Shown here piece by piece: positions 10,514 to 20,689 of a stretch of DNA of 64,000 bases. The number at the start of each line of letters is the position of its first letter. Within the stretch, counting starts at the first letter, position 1. The stretch is taken from sequence record SRR31156797_1402. One strand, given 5' to 3'. The notes beneath the pieces were generated by a model. That model was not told where the DNA came from. It saw nothing but the letters and a program-made list of their open reading frames with translations, and searched no databases. The translations under genes and the position numbers were made by a program.

Positions 10514-12069
10514 TTTGCGTAACCGACCGCTCTGGCTTCCCTGATGACAGTAACTTTGATCTGTCCAGGATATGTAAGCTCGTCTTCGATCTGGGATGAG
10601 ATATCTTTGGAGAGTGTGATAAGTCTCTCGTCGTTAACCTTCTCAGGCTCAACGATGATTCTAACCTCACGTCCCGCCTGAATAGCGTAAGACTTCTGTA
10701 CACCGTCGAATCCGACAGCGATAGTCTCAAGGTTTTCCAGACGCTTGATATAGCTTTCGAGAACCTCACGCCTTGCCCCCGGACGTGAAGCAGAGATAGC
10801 GTCCGCAGCCTGTACAAGTACAGCCTCGATACACTTAAACTCTTCCTCGCCGTGGTGGGATGCGATAGCGTTAAGAACTCTCCAGTCCTCTTTATGCTTC
10901 TTAGCCACTTCAACACCGATCTCAGTGTGTGAGCCTTCAGCTTCGTAATCTATAGCTTTACCTATGTCGTGAAGAAGTCCCGCACGCTTAGCGATCTTTT
11001 CATTAAGACCGAGCTCAGCCGCCATAAGACCAGTGATCTTAGCAACTTCGATAGCGTGTCCGAGAACATTCTGTCCATAAGAAGTTCTATACTTAAGGCG
11101 TCCGAGAAGACGTGTGATCTCTTTGCTGACATTGTGCAGACCAAGGTTGAAGAGGGCTTCCTCACCAACTTCGAGAACGTGCTTCTCAAGCTCTTCCTTA
11201 CATTTTTCGTATACTTCCTCGATTCTCGCAGGGTGGATACGTCCGTCAGACACAAGTCTTTCCAGTGTCATTTTGGCGATCTCTCTGCGGAACGGGTCGT
11301 AGGATGAAAGGATAACCGCTTCAGGAGTGTCATCAACAATGATGTCTACGCCTGTAACAGACTCGAATGTGCGGATGTTTCTACCCTCACGTCCGATAAT
11401 TCTACCTTTCATTTCATCACTTGGGAGTGCGACAACAGTAACAGTGATCTCTGAGATATACTCAGGAGCACATCGCTGGATAGCAGTAGAGATGATGCTT
11501 CTAGCTTTTTTATCAGCTTCCGCCTTAGTCTCTTCCTCCATCTCACGGAGAGTTCTCGCAGCCTCAAGCTTAGCGTCGTCAACCATCTGCTCGATGAGCA
11601 TCTGCTTAGCTTCTTCGCTTGTCATGTTAGCGATCTTCTCTGTCTCCATAATGATATTCTGCTTGAGCTCGTTTACACGCTCTCTGGTAGTATCAATATC
11701 CTTAAGTCTTCTTTCGATCTCAGCATCCTTAGCGATAAATCCCTCTTCTTTCTTTTCGATAGAATCGAGTTTTTTGTCGAGTGATTCTTCCTTCTGGATG
11801 ATGCGCTTCTCTTGTCCTTTGAGGTCATTTCTTTTTTCACGGACCTCTTTGTCGAGTTCCTGTTTCCCTTTGAAAACTATGTCCTTCGACTCAATTTTTG
11901 CTTCTTTTACAATTTCATCAGATTCACGTTTAGCCCTGCTGATAATATCCTCAGCAGTTTTGTTTAGTTTCTGGTTCTCAGCATCGTTACGTTTCTTCTG
12001 CATAAGCATACCAACGAACGCGCCGATAACAGCCGCGGCTACCACTAGTAAGTAGAAAGTGACTTCCAT
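10510..12069 (-). CDS. rny: Ribonuclease Y
   Basis: N-terminal TM plus coiled coil, KH domain [16 protein letters not shown] domain LLHDIGK. Confidence 0.97.
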   Translation of the reverse strand: MEVTFYLLVVAAAVIGAFVGMLMQKKRNDAENQKLNKTAEDIISRAKRESDEIVKEAKIESKDIVFKGKQELDKEVREKRNDLKGQEKRIIQKEESLDKKLDSIEKKEEGFIAKDAEIERRLKDIDTTRERVNELKQNIIMETEKIANMTSEEAKQMLIEQMVDDAKLEAARTLREMEEETKAEADKKARSIISTAIQRCAPEYISEITVTVVALPSDEMKGRIIGREGRNIRTFESVTGVDIIVDDTPEAVILSSYDPFRREIAKMTLERLVSDGRIHPARIEEVYEKCKEELEKHVLEVGEEALFNLGLHNVSKEITRLLGRLKYRTSYGQNVLGHAIEVAKITGLMAAELGLNEKIAKRAGLLHDIGKAIDYEAEGSHTEIGVEVAKKHKEDWRVLNAIASHHGEEEFKCIEAVLVQAADAISASRPGARREVLESYIKRLENLETIAVGFDGVQKSYAIQAGREVRIIVEPEKVNDERLITLSKDISSQIEDELTYPGQIKVTVIREARAVGYAK

Positions 12070-12611
12070 TAGCTGTTCCTCCTATATATATAATTCTCGG
12101 TAACAAGCACATCCACAGGGATGTCGTGAGGTTCGTGAAAAAAACTGTCAACAACCTGACACTCGAAAGCGAAGCCCACAACAACACCAAAATGCGCTGT
12201 CCCTAGGAACCTGTCGTAATATCCCTTGCCGTAGCCGACCCTGTTCAGCTCTCTGTCGAAAGCGACACCTGGAACAACAACAACATCAATATATTCAGCG
12301 TGAGCACACTCGGCAGGTTCCTTAATCCCGAATGCACCACATGAAAGACTATTTTCACCCTTGTAAGAGCCTACATGAAGCTCACTCCCGCTAACAACGG
12401 GAAGGTAAACAGTCTTCTTCATTCCGTATAAATTTTCTATCAGCCGGTGCGTCTGCACCTCGTTTCTATAACTGCAGTAGAGCAGATAGCTATCCGCATC
12501 AAACTCAGCCAGAAACTTCTCAGCAATCTTAGCCGATTTATCAGCTACCTGAGATTTTACAAGACTTTCCCTCGCCGCAAGGGCAACCCTTCTCGCCTGC
12601 TTTTTTTCCAT
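12069..12611 (-). CDS. 5-formyltetrahydrofolate cyclo-ligase
   Basis: [32 protein letters not shown]. Confidence 0.93.
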   Translation of the reverse strand: MEKKQARRVALAARESLVKSQVADKSAKIAEKFLAEFDADSYLLYCSYRNEVQTHRLIENLYGMKKTVYLPVVSGSELHVGSYKGENSLSCGAFGIKEPAECAHAEYIDVVVVPGVAFDRELNRVGYGKGYYDRFLGTAHFGVVVGFAFECQVVDSFFHEPHDIPVDVLVTENYIYRRNS

Positions 12612-13821
12612 AAGTCTTGCCACCAGCCCACAGCTTTTTAAGCCGTTCAGCTATCTTTACCTCAAAACCGGCATCTGAAGGGTCGTAAAAGACCTCTCTT
12701 ACACCAGAATAGTCCTGCTCAACAAAACCGCCATAGTCAAAAGGATACTTATACCCTTTACCTTCGGTTCTGAGCGGAAAAGGCACATTAGGCGTATTAT
12801 CCGCCAGATAGCCCTTCACCCTATGCATAGACATATAGCTCTTGTTGCTCTTAGGGCATGAGGCCAAATATGTTATCACATGGGCGAAAATGATATCCCC
12901 TTCCGGTCTGCCCACAGCCTTAAATGCCTCATAGGCACTGTTAGCAAAGACAAGCGCATCAGGGTAAGCATTACCGATATCCTCTGAGGCAGAGATTAGC
13001 AGTCTCCTAAAAACAGCCTCCGGCTCCATCCCGCACTCAAGCAGTCTGAAACCCCATATCAAAGCCGCATCAGGGTCACTGCCCCTTATGCTCTTTATCA
13101 TAGCAGAGAGCATGTCGTAATGCTCATCTTCATTATATCTATTATCTGTTGTATGCTCCAAAGCCTTAGTAACACCTAGGTGCAGAACATCATCAATAAA
13201 TTTGCCATTAACTGCGGAAAGCTCTAATACAGAAAGGAATTTACGCCCATCTCCATCAGATGCTTTCACAAGCCTTTCAAACTCGCCCTCCGTAAGACGC
13301 ACATCCAGAGCTTTGTAACGTTCCTTAAAATAGACCTTTACCTTGTCGAAAAGTTCTGATAAATCAGGCTTTTCAAGGCGTTCTAAACGGAACACAAAGC
13401 TGCGTGAGCGCAACGGCTGTATTAAATTGTGGTAGGGGTTTTCAGTTGAAGCTCCGATAAGTTTAGCGAGGCCGGAATCTATCATATTCAGCAGTAATAC
13501 CTGCTGGGTTTTATTAAACCTGTGGAGCTCGTCCACAAATACCAGAACCGTCTTACCGGCGTGTCTGGCGGACTCCATAATCTGCTTAAGGTCGTTAGAA
13601 CCGGCTGTGGCAGCGTGCAGGCTAAAATAAGGCATCTTCAATACCTCACCAATAATCTCAGCAAGAGTAGTCTTACCTGTACCCGGAGGTCCCACAAGGA
13701 TCACCGAATCAAAGCCACCGTCTTCCACCATCTTTCTAAACACCGAATCTTCACCAAGCAGATGCTTTTGTCCGGCTATATCGTCAAAGGCTTTCGGCCT
13801 AAGCTCTTCCAGAATCTTCAT
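12541..13821 (-). CDS. rarA: Replication-associated recombination protein A (MgsA/RarA AAA+ ATPase)
   Basis: LRP..GQKHL, GPPGTGKTT, DELHRFNK.QQ, STENP, KSIRGSDPDAA, SEDIGNA. Confidence 0.93.
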   Translation of the reverse strand: MKILEELRPKAFDDIAGQKHLLGEDSVFRKMVEDGGFDSVILVGPPGTGKTTLAEIIGEVLKMPYFSLHAATAGSNDLKQIMESARHAGKTVLVFVDELHRFNKTQQVLLLNMIDSGLAKLIGASTENPYHNLIQPLRSRSFVFRLERLEKPDLSELFDKVKVYFKERYKALDVRLTEGEFERLVKASDGDGRKFLSVLELSAVNGKFIDDVLHLGVTKALEHTTDNRYNEDEHYDMLSAMIKSIRGSDPDAALIWGFRLLECGMEPEAVFRRLLISASEDIGNAYPDALVFANSAYEAFKAVGRPEGDIIFAHVITYLASCPKSNKSYMSMHRVKGYLADNTPNVPFPLRTEGKGYKYPFDYGGFVEQDYSGVREVFYDPSDAGFEVKIAERLKKLWAGGKTYGKKAGEKGCPCGEGKSCKISGS

Positions 13822-13974
13822 TTCATAGACCCCTATAGGGCGCGCACACCCGGCTTATGCCGGATTAATATATATCTAACTACGCAAGTAGTTTAATTTT
13901 AAATATCCTACCACCTGATGTGGCTTCCACGCTGTGCCAGTTTAAACAACCAGCCTGCTGGTATAATTATAAAA

Positions 13975-14149
13975 CCCCCGCAAGCGCCGTAGATATAGTC
14001 CAATTGTAGCCCTTAAGTTAAGGGCGGAGGAATCACGGCTGCTTTAGGCTTCCTACTCAGGGCAGGCTTGCACACCACATCCAGAATCATCCCCCGGTCT
14101 TGGAGTGTTGGCTCCAATTTTCCTATATCATTACAAACGCCGCAGGGGT
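13975..14149 (-). ncRNA. ssrS: 6S RNA
   Basis: ~175-nt element right after zapA; 5' CCCCTGCGGCGTTTGTA pairs with 3' TACGGCGCTTGCGGGGG as a long closing stem; the zapA-ssrS-5FCL synteny is well established. Confidence 0.85.
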
Positions 14150-14153
14150 AGCT

Positions 14154-14423
14154 TTATGCTGTTTTATCAATAATCTCTTCTATCTTGCTGATGCTTATGC
14201 CCTTCTCTTCGCTGAGCTGCATAAATTCCGCAGCAAAGCTGAAAGCAGCCATCACAGCAACTTTTTGTGTATCAGGGGAGTTTATCATCTTCTCAAGCTG
14301 ATCCATCCTTCCGTTTAGCTCAGCTACAACCCTGTTTACAAAATCTTCATCTTTATCGGTCTTCATAAAGTATTTCATGCCCCTTATGGTGACCTTATAT
14401 TCATTGACAGGCACTAAAAGCAC
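14154..14423 (-). CDS. zapA: Cell division protein ZapA
   Basis: VTIRGMKY...VA..LN.RM...KVAVMAA pattern; context. Confidence 0.85.
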   Translation of the reverse strand: MLLVPVNEYKVTIRGMKYFMKTDKDEDFVNRVVAELNGRMDQLEKMINSPDTQKVAVMAAFSFAAEFMQLSEEKGISISKIEEIIDKTA

Positions 14424-14432
14424 CCCACTGCT

Positions 14433-14624
14433 TTAGAGTCGCTCAAGCAGGTTTTCAACCCTAGCCCTCACAGCCTCTTTTTGTTCTTTAATACTCCTGT
14501 TCTCTTCACGAAGGAGAGTGTTCTCTTCGCTCAGGCGTAGATTCTCCTCCTGCTCCTTGTTCAACCGAAGCAGTAGCTCGTCTACCTTACCACTTAAAAT
14601 ATCCAGTTTCTCAAGAAGTTCCAT
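14433..14624 (-). CDS. ZapB-like coiled-coil protein
   Basis: LEKL..KVDELL...EENLRL...RVENLLERL; immediately upstream of zapA. Confidence 0.7.
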   Translation of the reverse strand: MELLEKLDILSGKVDELLLRLNKEQEENLRLSEENTLLREENRSIKEQKEAVRARVENLLERL

Positions 14625-14751
14625 GACTAATTACTTACAATATTTTTAAAATTAAGTCAATCATATAGAATAACATTCGACACGTGCGCATATGTTCATT
14701 CATGTGTCATTTTCGCTGGATTTATAGGGGTTCAGGTGCTATTATACGATT

Positions 14752-16155
14752 ATGAGAAATATTGCTTTTTTGGTAATTTTAATAGTTACCGTGGCTTTTG
14801 CCGTATCCTGCAATGTGCAGAACTCTGCTGACAAGAATGGGAGCAAGGAAATTGTCAGTGAAAAACAGGAAACAGGCAGTGTAGAAAAACCTAGCATCTT
14901 TACCAAGATCATTGAAAACAAAGATGAAAATGAAGATGTACTGAGTAGAATCAATAACTTAGAGACTTCTCTCAATGCTAAGATAGACGGCATTGACCTG
15001 ACTTTAGACAATAAAGAGGTTATTGATAAACTTAATCAGCTCACGGATACCTACCTTGTAGGGATTGATAATGTAAAAATTGCAATTAAAGATAGCGAAC
15101 AAAAAGATAAAGACAAGCTTCACCAAATACTTGGGGCTATTTTTGCTGCTATGTCTGCGATTCTCATAACTCTGATGCTCATATACAGATATCTAAAAAA
15201 ATTCATCGCTGAAAGCCTGATCATTCGTTCACATAAAGACAGCTTGCTACAGTCTGCACCTGAGCCGAAATCATCAGATACAGAAGAGAACAGTGTAGTA
15301 ACATCAGTCACAAACTCGGCTAATATGCTCGCAGCTAAAGTAAATGATGCGACATATCTTTTTGATGCGGAGAAAGCTGTTAAGCTGGATAGTGCTCAGA
15401 AAGCAACACTCTCAGAGATCAATGAAGAAACAGCTTTCCTCAAAAAAGCTGGTTATGAGATCACACCAAACTATAACTATTTAATCGCTCTTGAGAACGT
15501 GAACGATAAAAACTATACAGAGGCGAATTCTGTGCTGGAAGATATACAAGCTGAAGACGAAACTTTTGCTCCAGCATACTTCCTCGCCGGCTATATCGCA
15601 TATGTTTCGAGAAAATACGAACTGGCAATCACCAGCCTATCAAAAGCTTGCGAGCTTGAGCCTTCTAACTTTGCTTACCTAATAAGCTACGGCAACGCAT
15701 GCCTGAAAGAGAAAAAATATGACGATGCAGCCACAATTCTTAAGAAAGCTCTTGAGATAAAGCCTGATGATGCTTCCGTCTGGAATAATCTCGCACACGC
15801 CTATATTGTTAGTAATAATACGGATGAAGCTGTTGAAGCTTTCAAGAAAGCTGTAGAAATCAAGCCTGACTTCCATGAGGCACTGCATAATCTGGGACTT
15901 GCTCTTGGTAAGCTTGAAAAGTATGAAGAAGCGGCGGATGCATTCTCTAAAGCGATAGAGGCGAAAGAGGATAAGCATGAATCGATGTATAATGCGGCTT
16001 GTGTTTATGCCATGCTCGGAAAGCGTGACGGCGCACTTAGCAATCTTAAAAAAGCAATTGAACTCAGCATTGATTACGCCGAAAAAGCGAAAAAAGATAA
16101 AGATTTCGAGTCTTTTAAAGATGATGATGAATTCAAAACAATAGTGGACAAGTAA
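14752..16155 (+). CDS. Membrane-anchored tetratricopeptide repeat protein
   Basis: N-terminal signal/lipobox-like AVSC, internal TM at about aa 125-146, C-terminal TPRs (WNNLA, HNLG, YNAAC). Confidence 0.85.
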   Translation: MRNIAFLVILIVTVAFAVSCNVQNSADKNGSKEIVSEKQETGSVEKPSIFTKIIENKDENEDVLSRINNLETSLNAKIDGIDLTLDNKEVIDKLNQLTDTYLVGIDNVKIAIKDSEQKDKDKLHQILGAIFAAMSAILITLMLIYRYLKKFIAESLIIRSHKDSLLQSAPEPKSSDTEENSVVTSVTNSANMLAAKVNDATYLFDAEKAVKLDSAQKATLSEINEETAFLKKAGYEITPNYNYLIALENVNDKNYTEANSVLEDIQAEDETFAPAYFLAGYIAYVSRKYELAITSLSKACELEPSNFAYLISYGNACLKEKKYDDAATILKKALEIKPDDASVWNNLAHAYIVSNNTDEAVEAFKKAVEIKPDFHEALHNLGLALGKLEKYEEAADAFSKAIEAKEDKHESMYNAACVYAMLGKRDGALSNLKKAIELSIDYAEKAKKDKDFESFKDDDEFKTIVDK

Positions 16156-16162
16156 AATATAT

Positions 16163-16201
16163 GCAGTGCCTTTGCTCAATACAGCCTGGGCACTGCTTTT
16201 T
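16163..16201 (+). terminator. Intrinsic terminator between convergent genes
   Basis: GCAGTGCC...GGCACTGC followed by a T run. Confidence 0.55.
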
Positions 16202-16887
16202 CAATTTTCAAAATCGTTTCGATATTTAACATCATAGCTTTTAAAAAGCTCTCTGATCTCCTTATAGTCATTACCAGTCAGTTCAATTTTAAATCTTTTA
16301 TCAAGCCACTGCCCGCTATTCACCGGATACTGAATGATGATATCTCTACCTAAGTTATTCATAACCCTTTGAATATCTTCAACAAACGGAACTTTCCATA
16401 AAGTGTGCCTTATCTCAGATTCAATACCACAGTTTTTTATAACTTCAACAGAGGCCTGAAACTGCGCTAAACTATAATCTGTTCTGGTGATATAATTTAA
16501 ATCTGCATCACTGAAAGCTTTCAGATCTATAGAAACAAAGTCCACCAGTCCGCTGCTGCAAACTTCGTGAAGTCTCGAAGGTAAGCTCCCGTTTGTATCA
16601 AGCTTAACCTTAAACCCTTCAGACTTAAGTCTTTTTATAAATGCCAGCACTTCACTGTTAAAGAGGGGCTCGCCTCCTGTGATAGCAACCCCCTCAATAT
16701 CTTTAACCAGCAGTCCCTTAAAGAATTCTTCCGCCATATTCTCTCCCGGCTTCCTGTTAACAAGCTCCGGATTATGACAATATCTGCACCTCAGATTACA
16801 CCCGTGGGTAAAAACCACAGACGAGATATTGCCGGGAAAATCTATAAGGCTGACAGGTATATAATTACTAATTACCAGTTCTTTCAT
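16201..16887 (-). CDS. nrdG: Anaerobic ribonucleotide reductase activase (radical SAM)
   Basis: SLIDFPG, GCNLRCRYCHNP, ITGGEP, KLDTNG; start at MKELVIS. Confidence 0.93.
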   Translation of the reverse strand: MKELVISNYIPVSLIDFPGNISSVVFTHGCNLRCRYCHNPELVNRKPGENMAEEFFKGLLVKDIEGVAITGGEPLFNSEVLAFIKRLKSEGFKVKLDTNGSLPSRLHEVCSSGLVDFVSIDLKAFSDADLNYITRTDYSLAQFQASVEVIKNCGIESEIRHTLWKVPFVEDIQRVMNNLGRDIIIQYPVNSGQWLDKRFKIELTGNDYKEIRELFKSYDVKYRNDFEN

Positions 16888-17056
16888 CGCTTCCGATATC
16901 AAATGTTTCCCTGTGGGCAAATTCTTCTTTCTTCCCTTTATTCCAGTGGCTTGTAGGGCTGTGATAACCAACTACTCGGCTATACACTTCGCATTCCGAA
17001 CCTTTGACGTCCTTAAGTTCCTCTTTAAGCATGTTAATTTTCTCTGCGTTACTCAT
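16868..17056 (-). CDS. Stand-alone glycyl-radical domain of class III RNR
   Basis: CEVYSRVVGY...WNKGKKEEF..R is the NrdD C-terminal Gly-radical motif; has its own SD (AGGAGG) before the ATG. Confidence 0.85.
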   Translation of the reverse strand: MSNAEKINMLKEELKDVKGSECEVYSRVVGYHSPTSHWNKGKKEEFAHRETFDIGSDERTGN

Positions 17057-17057
17057 C

Positions 17058-19097
17058 TCAAACCTCCTGTTCTTTCTTTTCTAGTTCTCTGATTTCAGCT
17101 TCTATCTCCATCGCCCTCTCATCAGCGCAGAAAGGACAATTTTTGTGTTCACCTTTGATATACCCGTGTGTCGGGCAAACGGAAAATGTAGGTGTAATAG
17201 TCACATAAGGGATTGCATACTCCCCTGTTATCTTTTGTAAAAGTTTGCTCACAGCAATGGGTTCGTCTACCGCCTCTCCGAGGAAAACGTGAAAAACCGT
17301 CCCGCCGGTATATAATGTCTGGAGCTGATCCTGATGCTTCAAAGCTTTAAACAGCTCTCTCGTCTTCTCAACCGGAATCTGCGTAGAGTTCGTGTAATAA
17401 GGTCTATCAGCTGAACCAGCGGTAATTATACCTTCTAAATCTTGCGCATCCCTCTTTGCAAGACGGAAAGATGTCCCCTCAGCAGGGGTCGCCTCAAGGT
17501 TATAAAGCATGTCATCAATCTCCTGATACTCCATCAACTTATCACGCATAAAGTTAAGGATTTTGACAGCGTACTGAAGACCATCCTCATGCATGATGTC
17601 TACTCCGATAAAATTTTGAAGAGCCTCATTCATGCCGATAATACCAATGGTGTTAAAGTGATTCTTCCAATACTGATCAAAATTTAGTTTAATATCAGAC
17701 AGATAATATCTTGCATAAGGGTATAGTCCGTTATCTGTAAGCTTCTCAAGTATCTCACGCTTTATACGCAAACTCTCTCTCGCAAGTTGCATAAGTGATT
17801 CTAGCCTTTCGAAAAACTCATCCTCACTCTCTGCCACATAGCCAATACGTGGGAGGTTAATCGTTACAACACCGATTGAGCCTGTAAGTGGATTCGCTCC
17901 GAAAAGCCCGCCGCCTCGCTTTCTCAGCTCTCTGTTGTCGAGCCTCAGCCTACAGCACATACTTCTGGCGTCATCAGGATCCATATCACTGTTAACAAAA
18001 TTCGCGAAATAAGGTATGCCGTATTTAGCCGTGACCTGCATAATGTCTTGGACTATCTCGTGTTCCCAGTCAAAGTCTTTTGAAACGTTATATGTCGGTA
18101 TCGGGAAAGTGAAGATGCGCCCTTTTGCGTCCCCCTCTATCATCACTTCTATAAAGGCTCTGTTCAGCATAAACATTTCATCCTGAAAGTCTTTATAGGT
18201 ACTTTCCTGTGGTTTTCCGCCAATAATTACTGCATCGTCCCTGAAAGCTTTAGGCACATATAGATCGAGGGTAAGGTTTGTAAATGGTGTCTGAAATCCG
18301 ACACGTGTAGGCACGTTTATATTGAATATAAACTCCTGTAGTGCCTGTTTTACTTCATCATAGCTGAGGTTGTCGTAAGCTATGAAAGGAGCGAGGAGGG
18401 TATCAAAGCTTGAAAAAGCCTGAGCTCCAGCCGCCTCACCCTGCAAAGTGTAGAAAAAGTTTACAATCTGCCCCAGTGCTGATCTGAAGTGCTTTGGCGG
18501 TTTGCTCTCAACCTTACCTGCGACACCTCTGAACCCCTTAACCAGAAGGTCTTTCAAGTCCCATCCGCAGCAATATACAGCAAGCAGACCTAGGTCGTGG
18601 ATGTGCATCTCGCCGTTAATGTGCGCATCAGCCACATTTTGCGGATATACTTTGTTCAGCCAGTATTTAGCTGTGACAGTTGAAGAGATATAGTTATTAA
18701 GCCCTTGTAAGGCATAGGTGGTGTTACTGTTTTCTTTGATGCGCCAGTCATCACCGCCTAAATATTCCTCTACCATAGATTCGAATCCGGTTAAGGTGTC
18801 TGTGATGTCTCTAACGTCGGAACGCTGTTTTCTATAAATGATATAGGCTTTTGCGGTTTTGGCGTGCCCTCTTTCGATGAGCACTTTCTCCACTTCATCC
18901 TGAATCTCTTCCACAGAGCAGGTTCCGTATTTTCCGTATTTGTCTATCAACTGCCTGCAGACAGCGATGGACAGCTCCGAGGCGGTGTTTCTATCGGTTC
19001 CACCGACAGCGGCGGCCGCTTTAAAGATGGCGCTAGCCACCCTCTCCTGATCAAAGGATACAAAACGCCCGTCTCTTTTTAATACTTTTTCGATCAT
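17058..19097 (-). CDS. nrdD: Anaerobic (class III) ribonucleoside-triphosphate reductase, catalytic chain lacking the Gly-radical tail
   Basis: ATP cone (VLKRDGR...), HIHDL, YCCGW, RSMCCRL finger loop, LEATPAEG, YTGGTVFH, CPTHG...CPFC Zn site. Confidence 0.95.
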   Translation of the reverse strand: MIEKVLKRDGRFVSFDQERVASAIFKAAAAVGGTDRNTASELSIAVCRQLIDKYGKYGTCSVEEIQDEVEKVLIERGHAKTAKAYIIYRKQRSDVRDITDTLTGFESMVEEYLGGDDWRIKENSNTTYALQGLNNYISSTVTAKYWLNKVYPQNVADAHINGEMHIHDLGLLAVYCCGWDLKDLLVKGFRGVAGKVESKPPKHFRSALGQIVNFFYTLQGEAAGAQAFSSFDTLLAPFIAYDNLSYDEVKQALQEFIFNINVPTRVGFQTPFTNLTLDLYVPKAFRDDAVIIGGKPQESTYKDFQDEMFMLNRAFIEVMIEGDAKGRIFTFPIPTYNVSKDFDWEHEIVQDIMQVTAKYGIPYFANFVNSDMDPDDARSMCCRLRLDNRELRKRGGGLFGANPLTGSIGVVTINLPRIGYVAESEDEFFERLESLMQLARESLRIKREILEKLTDNGLYPYARYYLSDIKLNFDQYWKNHFNTIGIIGMNEALQNFIGVDIMHEDGLQYAVKILNFMRDKLMEYQEIDDMLYNLEATPAEGTSFRLAKRDAQDLEGIITAGSADRPYYTNSTQIPVEKTRELFKALKHQDQLQTLYTGGTVFHVFLGEAVDEPIAVSKLLQKITGEYAIPYVTITPTFSVCPTHGYIKGEHKNCPFCADERAMEIEAEIRELEKKEQEV

Positions 19098-19304
19098 CTG
19101 AGCATAACCTCCAAAAACGTGCAGTAATATTGACGAAAATTATGCGAAGTTATCCTACATATCAGATAGTTACAGATAGCATATACGTTTAGAGGGGGTA
19201 TATATACAGCTTCAATTGGCTGCAATATCCGCAACTAAAAAAATGTAATGATAAAAATTTATGGATTGATTAGTGAAAATCTCATCCATCCCTCCGCTGG
19301 TAAA

Positions 19305-19470
19305 TTGAAGGTCAGGTATCCTGGCTCGCCGTCATTCTACTTGTCTAAACCTTCCCGCTTGCGCAGTGGTTATTAGAATAAGACTTTCGTCCGGCTTACA
19401 GTTGCGGGGGCAGCGACGGATTTTAACCGTACTTCCCTGAATCCCTCTCAGGTTTATGATGCCTTTTTGG
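19305..19470 (-). promoter_or_regulatory. Cobalamin (AdoCbl) riboswitch upstream of nrdD
   Basis: Minus strand AGGGAA..CGGTTAAAATCCG..GCTGCCCCCGCAACTGT...CCACTG..GGGAAGG...GAGCCAGGATACCTG (B12 box); ends approximate. Confidence 0.92.
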
Positions 19471-19563
19471 AGTGTTTATGTCAACAAAAGATATACGCCG
19501 AATGGAGTGAGGCGGAAGTATACATGCGCAGAAGATTAATTAACCAAACAATAATGCCGTGGC

Positions 19564-20547
19564 TCACAGCCTCTTGAAGAGGTCGAGGAGGCGTTTTGAT
19601 GCGGCGGAAGGTGTCGTCACCCCTTTGATTACGGATTCCTGAATCTGCGGAAGCATCGCCTGCACATTCTTATTAGCCATGAACATCTCCTTGAGATCAT
19701 CCATAACCATTGTCCAGAGCCAGTCTACAGATTGATTACGGCGTTTCTCTGCGAATTCGCCGCTAATGGTGAGCTTCTCTTTATAGTCGAGAACCATATC
19801 CCAAGCCTCTGCGATACCCTCATTATAAAGTGCACTTGTGAGTAGAACAGGAACTGCCCAGTTCATAGATTTCGGGCGAAGTATGTGAAGTGCGTTGATG
19901 TACTGACCTTTAGCAAGCTCCGCTTTTGGTCTGTTTTCACCCTCGGCTTTGTTAATAACTATGGCATCAGCTATCTCCATCACACCTTTTTTGATGCCCT
20001 GAAGTTCGTCGCCAGCGTTTGCCAGCTGTAACAACATGAAAAAATCCACCATAGACGCAACCGTGATCTCCGACTGACCGACCCCGACTGTCTCAACTAA
20101 GATAACGTCGTAGCCAGCCGCCTCGCATAAGAGCATGGTCTCACGTGTCTTTTTCGCCACACCGCCGAGTGTTGCACCAGCAGGTGAAGGACGTATAAAC
20201 GCATTCTCATCACGGGCGAGCTCTTCCATACGGGTTTTGTCGCCGAGTATCGAGCCGCCTGTAAGCTGTGACGATGGGTCGACAGCGAGCACCGCAACCT
20301 TATGCCCCTTAGAGGTAAGGTGTTTGCCAAATGCCTCGATAAAAGTCGATTTACCAACACCCGGAACGCCTGAGATACCTATACGGATGGAGTTGCCGGT
20401 ATGAGGCAAAACCTTGTCTAGAAGTTTGGACGCATCACCGTAGTGCTCAGGGTTTGAGCTTTCGATAAGTGTGATAGCACGTGAAAATGGTCTGAGCTTA
20501 CCTTCGAGCAAGCCTTCTGCGAGTTTATCTATGTTCATAGTTCCCAC
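19564..20547 (-). CDS. meaB: Methylmalonyl-CoA mutase-associated GTPase
   Basis: RIGISGVPGVGKST, AVDPSS..TGGSILGDKTRM, VETVGVGQSE, GDELQGIKKG. Confidence 0.95.
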   Translation of the reverse strand: MGTMNIDKLAEGLLEGKLRPFSRAITLIESSNPEHYGDASKLLDKVLPHTGNSIRIGISGVPGVGKSTFIEAFGKHLTSKGHKVAVLAVDPSSQLTGGSILGDKTRMEELARDENAFIRPSPAGATLGGVAKKTRETMLLCEAAGYDVILVETVGVGQSEITVASMVDFFMLLQLANAGDELQGIKKGVMEIADAIVINKAEGENRPKAELAKGQYINALHILRPKSMNWAVPVLLTSALYNEGIAEAWDMVLDYKEKLTISGEFAEKRRNQSVDWLWTMVMDDLKEMFMANKNVQAMLPQIQESVIKGVTTPSAASKRLLDLFKRL

Positions 20548-20550
20548 TTT

Positions 20551-20644
20551 GTCATTACGAACGAAGTAAAGTAATCTTCCAACGTCATAATATTACACGA
20601 TGTTATCAGATTGACACGTAAAGCTATGCTCTCCTCGCAATGAC
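20551..20644. repeat. GTCA...TGAC palindromic repeat, copy 2
   Basis: GTCATTACGAACGAAGTAAAGTAATCT...AGATTGACACG...CTCGCAATGAC. Confidence 0.65.
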
Positions 20645-20689
20645 AAAAAAAGAGAGGCTCCCAAGAAGAGAGCCCCGTTAATATATTTA

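Noticed and set aside
11327-12055. Long antisense ORFs, e.g. 11327-12055, 24745-25557 and 41443-41994
   Set aside because: They are shadows of well-supported genes on the opposite strand, with no recognisable motifs
13840-13970. Possible ZTP riboswitch (ACTGGC...GTGG-AAG-CCAC on the minus strand) or HicA-like relic (GWLFKLAQRGSHIRW) between 6S RNA and rarA
   Set aside because: No convincing P1 stem or 3' CGCCTGGG pseudoknot partner; the peptide has no start codon and is too short to support
19100-19300. NrdR boxes upstream of nrdD
   Set aside because: No adequate match to the tandem NrdR consensus was seen
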